From the IMG/VR virus record IMGVR_UViG_2698536536_000004: a stretch of 13,314 nucleotides of DNA; one strand, given 5' to 3'. Origin of the DNA: a virus (lineage: Duplodnaviria > Heunggongvirae > Uroviricota > Caudoviricetes). This document shows, piece after piece, positions 7,907 to 13,314 of the stretch (the stretch's first letter is position 1; every line of letters starts with the position of its first letter). The notes beneath the pieces are model-generated. The model worked only from the letters and a program-made list of their open reading frames with translations. It was not told where the DNA came from and made no database searches. The position numbers were made by a program, and so were the translations under genes.

Positions 7907-8361
7907 TACGCCTCCTGCTTGTCGCGGAGCAGCTGGAACTCGCAGCTCTGCGGAATAGTCAGGTGGCAGCCAATATTCACCGCCCAGGCTTCAACCTTAC
8001 ACAGGAAGACATACATCTCTCCGGTATCAAGATCGGAGGTATGGCGTAACGACTGGATAGTGGTGATATCACCGGTTACGACATCAACCAGGTCTTTGGT
8101 TTCATAACCGAGATATGTGTGTTTGAGAGCATCTTTTACCCAAGCTGGAGTAGCGAACGTTTTACCCCTGCTGATGAGGTATTCACTGATTTCGCTGTAC
8201 CACATGTGGCTGAGTGCATTCTGGGAAAGACTGCGTTTCTCACGCCACGGTTTAAGCACCATGCGAAAGCATTTGCCCTCCTCCAGATAAGGCTGGATCT
8301 GCCGACCGATAGCGGTGAAGTTACCGCGATGTAATTTGATGCCATCTTGTGGGAGATTCAC
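7906..8361 (-). CDS. ybcN: NinB-family recombination / DNA base-flipping protein (YbcN)
   Basis: The 151-aa product [61 protein letters not shown]... matches YbcN/NinB as recalled. The start codon is GTG, preceded by SD GGAGGT. Confidence 0.85.
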   Translation of the reverse strand: MNLPQDGIKLHRGNFTAIGRQIQPYLEEGKCFRMVLKPWREKRSLSQNALSHMWYSEISEYLISRGKTFATPAWVKDALKHTYLGYETKDLVDVVTGDITTIQSLRHTSDLDTGEMYVFLCKVEAWAVNIGCHLTIPQSCEFQLLRDKQEA

Positions 8362-8548
8362 GCTTCACCTCCGCAGAGGTCAAACGCTGGATACAATATA
8401 TCGCAGGTGCATTTCTGCATCTGTGGAGGGAGAAGAGAGTTTGGATTGTGTGTGCGCATAAACGTCCCCGTTTAGCGCAGAAGTCACCGGAGTTGTTCAG
8501 GCTCCGATGACATGATTATGGCGAGTTGATTATCGCAAATCAAAGGTT

Positions 8549-8905
8549 TTAATTGTGCTTTATTCCTTCAAGCGTTGCCTTCATACCAACCAAAGAAATG
8601 TTTAGCTCTCCAACTTTCTCAGGGCTATATAATTCAGAATGAAGCCAATATTCTAATTTATCTAAACATCTTTTAGCCAGCTCTCGATCAAAGTCTACGA
8701 CTTGGGAAGACGCTTCATACCAAAGCCTATAAAGTTTTTCTTCTTCGTTTGGGTTATTAGGCTCACCACGTTTTAATTTTTCAGTATATAAAATTGTTGA
8801 ATAAATCGCAGGAGTTAATCCAGTGATTGCCCTCTGCCGCAGATCGGATTTGTTTGTTATCCACCCCAACAGACGATCTCCCATCCATGTGATAATTGTA
8901 TCCAT
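8549..8905 (-). CDS. Hypothetical protein, 118 aa, AT-rich cargo gene of unknown function
   Basis: Uninterrupted ORF with an ATG start and predicted largely helical product (MDTIITWMGDRLLGWITNKSDLRQRAITG...). I recognise no family. It takes the place of ybcL/ybcM/ylcH in the K-12 DLP12 order. Confidence 0.5.
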   Translation of the reverse strand: MDTIITWMGDRLLGWITNKSDLRQRAITGLTPAIYSTILYTEKLKRGEPNNPNEEEKLYRLWYEASSQVVDFDRELAKRCLDKLEYWLHSELYSPEKVGELNISLVGMKATLEGIKHN

Positions 8906-9366
8906 GCTTTAGCCCTTCTTAGTAAATAGTGTGTAGGGCGACTGAAGGACCGAGTTTATGCTTTTTCGCATTGCTTTCAGTTAGTACACCGGTATCGCAC
9001 CGGAAACAATCCTACGGCAAATTGGTTGTCTGACCTCTCGGTTTTTCGTGCATTAACCGATACCCACTACAGTCTCGGCGAAAGCTGCACACCCCCAGGG
9101 TGTACTGGTAGCACTCGGCACAGCCTAGCACGCCACTTTCTTCTCACTATCCAGTCTAATTTTATCCCCTAGTCAGACACTCAGATGTAGTGCTCCGCAG
9201 CGGCATGCGGGGGAATACAAAAACTCGGACAAAATTGGGCCCTCCTTTTTGAATCACTCGCGGGGATGTAGTTATTAATACATGGAAAAAGATCTGTTTT
9301 CAAATCCAACATTATATGGTTTCAATACCACGGGGTGGCTATGTGTTTCTCATTGTTAATTGGAAT

Positions 9367-9690
9367 CTACTGTAATCGATCCGAACGTAAATGCGGCAAA
9401 ACTCGACTCCACTTATCATCCTGCCACGGCCGGAATTTTACATGTGCCGTTTCTCTGGCAAGGATTGCCTGTGCCTTATTGAGTATCTGGGGATATTCTT
9501 GCTCGATAGAAGTGAAGCGACCAGCTTCACGATGCTCCGCAACCTGAAGAAGAGGAGTAACGTTCTGGTAGGTAATTAACATCACATTCCCTGCTCGCCA
9601 TAACCAGGCGAGTGTGCAAAGTTCGTTATCAGTGAATTGTTTTGTGATTGGGTATTGTTGAACTGCTAGAACGAGAACGCCAGCATCCAT
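9367..9690 (-). CDS. Hypothetical protein, 107 aa, unknown function
   Basis: ORF with ~50% GC (MDAGVLVLAVQQYPITKQFTDNELCTLAWLWRAGNVMLITYQ...). Overlapping plus-strand ORFs 9335-9547 and 9391-9579 are probably shadows. The SD is weak. I recognise no family. Confidence 0.45.
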   Translation of the reverse strand: MDAGVLVLAVQQYPITKQFTDNELCTLAWLWRAGNVMLITYQNVTPLLQVAEHREAGRFTSIEQEYPQILNKAQAILARETAHVKFRPWQDDKWSRVLPHLRSDRLQ

Positions 9691-9764
9691 TGGCAGTCTC
9701 TATAGTAAAACCATAGCTCAGGACGCTTCGTTCAGGATAGATAATTTTATTGTACTTACCTAAC

Positions 9765-9800
9765 TTTCTTATTATAGCACGGTTGAAAAAGTGATTATTA
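9765..9800 (-). promoter_or_regulatory. Candidate extended -10 promoter (TGcTATAAT) upstream of the 107-aa ORF
   Basis: The minus strand reads cgTGcTATAAT at 9771-9781, about 80 nt upstream of ATG 9690. No clear -35 is present. Confidence 0.25.
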
Positions 9801-9801
9801 C

Positions 9802-11328
9802 TCAAAAATAAACCTCACCATCAACCATATATTTAAGAGTACTTATCGCCTGCTGGGCGGATATTGTTTTCATTAAAGGATAGTGTTTAAAAACAATGCC
9901 ATTCATAAAATAGATATCACAGGTTTTATTATCTGTATTGATTATGATTTTTTCGAATGTTTTATAGGCAAGTGTACGACATAGCTCTCGCCCATTTTTA
10001 CTGGTTAAGTCAATAGCATGAAAATCACCAAGTGAACTCACCGCTTTACTCTTCAAAGTTTTTAATGATACAGAAGCCCTTCGTAATTCCTTATCTAATA
10101 CTCTGATTTTTTCTGCTATAGCGGTAACTTCAGGCGCAACAGATAATGCAGCAATTAAATTATTAATTTTCATCTGGAGCTCAATAATTTTCAACTCTAA
10201 AGTTTCATTAGCATCTTTCTTGTTTTCAACTGGTTGGATTTTACTACAATTAAAAAGCAACTCATTAATGATATTATAATCAACCAAATCTCTCTTTATT
10301 GATGGCCTGTCACATCGATGCAGTCTTCTCATCGGACAAACATAATAGCCATGCAAACTTCCAGATACCGCATGAACAATCATGGTATTACCACAAGCCT
10401 CGCACTTCATAACTGTTCGAAGTAGATTTATCAACATAGGATTTTTGCTACTATTGCTAATACCAAAAGGTGCCAACCGAATTTCCTGTACAGCGTAAAA
10501 CAAATCATCTGATATGACTCTGGGATAATAGCCAGCGATTTCACTTATTCCTTTACCTCTTGCACGATATGAAGGTACGCATATACCTATCAGAGCTTTA
10601 TTCGCTAATAATTTTTCAATTACAGAAGGTCCCCATGCACTTTCTTTTCCTGAGAAATTCTTTACAGCATGATCATTTAAATACTTGGCTATTGCATTCA
10701 ATGAGCGCCTTTCCATCCTGAGTTTAAAAATTAGCTCAATAGTTTTCACCCTGTCGGGGTCTGGAACAAAAGCCGTTCTTTTGTCATCTAAGGAGAGCCA
10801 TCTCGGACAAGACGCCGTCATAATCGTACCTGATTCCAGTGCATCCTGCCGTTTTTTCTTCCATGATAATTTAACCCGACTTGACTTTATCTCGCTTTCT
10901 TCATTTGCCCTTTGTGCTATAAGTATGGCTTTTATTAATGAATATGGCTCATTCAAAGAGTCAATATTATAGACTGTATTGTCGCAAAGAGTTATAACAT
11001 CAATACCGTGATTCAAAATCAATTTCAGACGTTCAATCGCTTCACCGACTTTTTCTCTTGAAAGTCTGTCCAGACTTTCAACTAACAATGTAGTTCCTGG
11101 CAATATATAACCATGCTCTATAGCATCTAAAAATTCCGAAAAAGCTCCTGATTGTGCATGCTTTCCTTTGAATGCACTTAATCCTAAATCTTCATATGTT
11201 ATGGTATCAAGATAATAATCACTATTTACCTTTAACCATTCAGCAATAAGTCTTCTCTGTCGGTTTAATGAGTCGCCAGACATCTGACCTGGTGATGAAA
11301 ATCGCATATATGCTATGGCTTTTTTCAT
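9802..11328 (-). CDS. ybcK: Large serine recombinase (YbcK-like): resolvase catalytic domain, recombinase domain and Cys-rich zinc-ribbon region
   Basis: 508 aa. The N-terminus AIAYMRFSSPGQ resembles a serine-recombinase catalytic motif. The size and the CEACGN...C/CPMRRLHRC cysteine cluster are typical of large serine recombinases. Very AT-rich. Matches my recollection of DLP12 YbcK. Confidence 0.85.
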   Translation of the reverse strand: MKKAIAYMRFSSPGQMSGDSLNRQRRLIAEWLKVNSDYYLDTITYEDLGLSAFKGKHAQSGAFSEFLDAIEHGYILPGTTLLVESLDRLSREKVGEAIERLKLILNHGIDVITLCDNTVYNIDSLNEPYSLIKAILIAQRANEESEIKSSRVKLSWKKKRQDALESGTIMTASCPRWLSLDDKRTAFVPDPDRVKTIELIFKLRMERRSLNAIAKYLNDHAVKNFSGKESAWGPSVIEKLLANKALIGICVPSYRARGKGISEIAGYYPRVISDDLFYAVQEIRLAPFGISNSSKNPMLINLLRTVMKCEACGNTMIVHAVSGSLHGYYVCPMRRLHRCDRPSIKRDLVDYNIINELLFNCSKIQPVENKKDANETLELKIIELQMKINNLIAALSVAPEVTAIAEKIRVLDKELRRASVSLKTLKSKAVSSLGDFHAIDLTSKNGRELCRTLAYKTFEKIIINTDNKTCDIYFMNGIVFKHYPLMKTISAQQAISTLKYMVDGEVYF

Positions 11329-11509
11329 GGTGACACCTGCTAACGTATGCTTTTATAAACCTTAGTGGTGGGATATAATTTTTGTTTAATTTTTATTTAA
11401 AAAGACAATTAAGGTCACATTATCTTGAATATACAACAATAATCGTATTGCAATTTTCTTACGCCATAATCTTGAAAGCACAAAAGAATACATAAAAAAA
11501 TAAAGACAT

Positions 11510-11553
11510 TAACAAAAAGCATAAAACGAGGCTCATATAAATATAAGAGCCTC
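11510..11553 (-). terminator. Rho-independent terminator downstream of emrE
   Basis: The minus strand reads GAGGCTC-(12-nt loop)-GAGCCTC followed by GTTTTATGCTTTTTGTT. Confidence 0.5.
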
Positions 11554-11584
11554 CATATTTTAGTCGTTTAGAAACAAATTATTT

Positions 11585-11917
11585 TTAATGTGGTGTGCTT
11601 CGTGACAATAAATTAATAACCAACACACCGGCACAAATCAACATCATGCCTATAATGGCTGGCAGGTCCAGCCGTTGGCCGAAAAGTCCCCATGACAGTA
11701 AGCTAATCAGGACAATACCGACTCCTGACCAGATAGCATAAGCAATCCCTGTAGGAATATAAGCCAGCGTCTGAGCTAATAACCAGAATGATGCACAATA
11801 ACAAATAATTGTACCAACAGATGGCCATAACCGTGTAAAACCTTCTGAAAACTTCATTAAGGTTGTACCAATGACCTCTGCAAGTATTGCACCACCAAGA
11901 TAAATATAAGGGTTCAT
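11585..11917 (-). CDS. emrE: Small multidrug resistance (SMR) efflux transporter EmrE
   Basis: From the internal Met: MNPYIYLGGAILAEVIGTTLMKFSEGFTRLWPSVGTIICYCASFWLLAQTLAYIPTGIAYAIWSGVGIVLISLLSWGLFGQRLDLPAIIGMMLICAGVLVINLLSRSTPH (110 aa). It has four TM helices and the conserved Glu14, and AGGAAAG lies upstream. The six-frame ORF starts at 11971. Confidence 0.9.
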   Translation of the reverse strand: MNPYIYLGGAILAEVIGTTLMKFSEGFTRLWPSVGTIICYCASFWLLAQTLAYIPTGIAYAIWSGVGIVLISLLSWGLFGQRLDLPAIIGMMLICAGVLVINLLSRSTPH

Positions 11918-11984
11918 AGAATATTCTTTCCTGTTCAAACTGGAGAGAATTGTACTACAGTTTGAACTCAACTCACCTGTTTCA

Positions 11985-12287
11985 TCATTGTGTACCCATT
12001 GATGTTCTTTTATATACCCTCAATACCCGTTTCATCGCGGCACTCTGGCGACACTCCTTAAAAATCAGATTCGTGCTCACCTTTCCTTCCCGTTCTTCTC
12101 TGGTAGCAAACCGGTAATACACCGTTCGCCAGACCTTACCTTCGATAACCAGAAGACCTGCCCGTGCCATTTTAGCCGCAGCCTGATTTATGCTGGTTAC
12201 CGTTGCGCCTGTTACCGCGGCAACGTCCTGCGCACAGAATTTCTTATGAGTCCCCAGGTAATGAATAATTGCCTCTTTGCCCGTCAT
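11985..12287 (-). CDS. ren: Ren-like protein (lambda ren homologue)
   Basis: The product MTGKEAIIHYLGTHKKFCAQDVAAVTGATVTSINQAAAKMARAGLLVIEGKVWRTVYYRFATREEREGK... resembles lambda Ren as recalled. The start overlaps the P stop (ATGA), as in lambda. Confidence 0.7.
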   Translation of the reverse strand: MTGKEAIIHYLGTHKKFCAQDVAAVTGATVTSINQAAAKMARAGLLVIEGKVWRTVYYRFATREEREGKVSTNLIFKECRQSAAMKRVLRVYKRTSMGTQ

Positions 12288-12985
12288 ACCCTTGCTCCTT
12301 TCAGCCCAAACTTAGCTTTGATTTCTGCGATCTTCGCCAGAGCCTGTGCACGATTTAGAGGTCTACCGCCCATGACAGGAAGTTGTTTTACTGGTTCAGG
12401 TATAGCCTCACCACGGTTAATTCGTGCGGTCATACAGGACAGTTCATCGGCAGCCTTGCGCCGTAATTCCGCGTCAGTCAACGCATTGGCCCGCATGTTC
12501 TGATACAGGTTGGTAACCAGCCAGTAGTGCGCGTTTGATTTCCACGGATAAGACTCTGCATCCGGATACAGCCCGCGCTTCCGGCAATACTCGTAAACCA
12601 TATCAACCAGCTCGCTGGCGTTTGGCAGCCCGGCGGTAACGGATGCTTCTTCCCGGCACCAGGCGACAAACTGCCCGGGTGATGGCAGGAATGGTCGATT
12701 CTGCCGACGGGCTACGCGCATTCCAGCGTTAACCTGTTCCATTGTGGTGATCCCGTTTTCCCGGAAAGCCAGCACCCACTGGCGGCGGATTTCGTTCAGT
12801 TCATTCTGGTCACGGTTAGCCAGGCTCGCCGGGAAAGTTGCCAGTAACTGGCTGAACACACCATTGATGATCTGCGCTACCTGTTGTACCTGCGGCTTTT
12901 CGTCGTACTGTTCCGGCATGTTGTTGGCGATCCGGCGCATCTGCTCACGGTCAAAGTTAACCATCTGTGCGGCGATGTTTTTCAT
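12284..12985 (-). CDS. P: Replication protein P (lambda P-like DnaB helicase loader)
   Basis: The 233-aa product MKNIAAQMVNFDREQMRRIANNMPEQYDEKPQVQQVAQIINGVFSQLLATFPASLANRDQNELNEIRRQWVLAF... is near-identical to lambda P as recalled. The start overlaps the O stop (ATGA). Confidence 0.85.
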   Translation of the reverse strand: MKNIAAQMVNFDREQMRRIANNMPEQYDEKPQVQQVAQIINGVFSQLLATFPASLANRDQNELNEIRRQWVLAFRENGITTMEQVNAGMRVARRQNRPFLPSPGQFVAWCREEASVTAGLPNASELVDMVYEYCRKRGLYPDAESYPWKSNAHYWLVTNLYQNMRANALTDAELRRKAADELSCMTARINRGEAIPEPVKQLPVMGGRPLNRAQALAKIAEIKAKFGLKGARV

Positions 12986-13314
12986 AAATCCACCCCGTAA
13001 ATCCAGTCAGTGTTTGTCAGGTCGAGTTTTGGTTTGCTGGCTATCATGCCTGCCTGTTGCTTGTTACGGTTGATTTCGAGTTGAGTCCACTTGTCGCGGA
13101 GTTTGGCCGGACTTAGCACGTTACCGGACCAGAAGTTGTCCTGGCATGCCCAGCGGAAAAGCACGCACATGTCGCGGTGGTTACGTCCGTCACGTTCACG
13201 CATCAGGCGGATATCGTTAGCCCACCCTGCAAAATTCGGTTTTCTGGCTGATGGTGCGATGGTCTTCACCATGTCAAACATCCACTCTGCGGCGGTCAGG
13301 TCTTCTGCTGTCAT
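12982..13314 (-). CDS. O: Replication initiator O, C-terminal (P-interacting) part; 5' end probably beyond the window edge
   Basis: The ORF runs to the window boundary, ends ...TDWIYGVDL, and sits immediately upstream of P with an overlapping stop/start. The N-terminal iteron-binding domain is not in the window. Confidence 0.65.
   Translation of the reverse strand: MTAEDLTAAEWMFDMVKTIAPSARKPNFAGWANDIRLMRERDGRNHRDMCVLFRWACQDNFWSGNVLSPAKLRDKWTQLEINRNKQQAGMIASKPKLDLTNTDWIYGVDL

Larger units (their letters stand above)
1..13314. mobile_element. Segment of a defective lambdoid (DLP12-like) prophage: replication, nin, Q, porin moron, holin, and tail-fibre/invertase remnants, with no intact endolysin or morphogenesis genes
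   Basis: Gene order O-P-ren-emrE-ybcK-...-ybcN-ninE-ybcO-rusA-ylcG-Q-nmpC-holin matches my recollection of K-12 DLP12. Genes overlap by 1-4 nt in phage fashion. AT-rich cargo blocks alternate with ~50% GC phage core genes. Confidence 0.8.

Noticed and set aside
7209-8107. Plus-strand ORFs 7209-7406, 7232-7435, 7491-7745, 7546-7884 and 7550-8107
   Set aside because: All are antisense to the tightly overlapping rusA/ybcO/ninE/ybcN operon, with no RBS support; their products are Arg/Ser/Cys-rich as expected for GC-rich shadow frames.
9290-9312. TTCAAATCC, resembling a tRNA T-loop motif
   Set aside because: No flanking complementary T-stem, acceptor stem or anticodon arm could be built around it; an isolated motif in a non-coding gap.
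8906-9366. Retron msr/msd or type III toxin-antitoxin RNA repeat array
   Set aside because: No reverse transcriptase-sized ORF lies adjacent, and I could not find tandem direct repeats of constant period; only scattered CCGAG pentamers. It is kept as an unexplained gap rather than called.
10685-10972. 95-aa plus-strand ORF inside ybcK
   Set aside because: Antisense to the large serine recombinase gene; a shadow ORF in AT-rich DNA.
12246-13073. Plus-strand ORFs 12246-12503 and 12744-13073, and minus-strand ORF 12478-12669
   Set aside because: Antisense or out-of-frame overlaps of the P and O replication genes, whose frames match lambda proteins.

Overview
This window reads as a segment of a defective lambdoid prophage closely resembling E. 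coli DLP12, in inverted orientation. No search could be run, so every protein identity here rests on my recall of E. coli K-12 and phage protein sequences plus motifs visible in the ORF translations. On the minus strand, from high to low coordinates, it carries a partial replication gene O, P and ren, then an AT-rich cargo island (emrE, large serine recombinase ybcK, two unrecognised small ORFs and a 460-bp non-coding gap), then a tightly overlapping nin operon (ninB/ybcN, ninE, ybcO, rusA, ylcG) and antiterminator Q. An intact porin gene nmpC sits on the plus strand between Q and the late-operon leader, followed by a phage-21-type pinholin. The most striking feature is that the holin is translationally coupled to a 532-aa ORF whose first ~45 residues match the SAR endolysin N-terminus and whose remainder is a side-tail-fibre distal region; this looks like an in-frame deletion scar that removed the endolysin body, Rz/Rz1 and all packaging, head and tail genes. 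Downstream lie a deleted tfa remnant, an intact small serine recombinase, a YdfK/YnaE-like gene and a SAM-dependent methyltransferase. The best candidates for something undescribed are the unassigned ORF pair with its non-coding gap (8362-9801) and the holin plus SAR::tail-fibre chimera. I found no CRISPR array, tRNA or rRNA.
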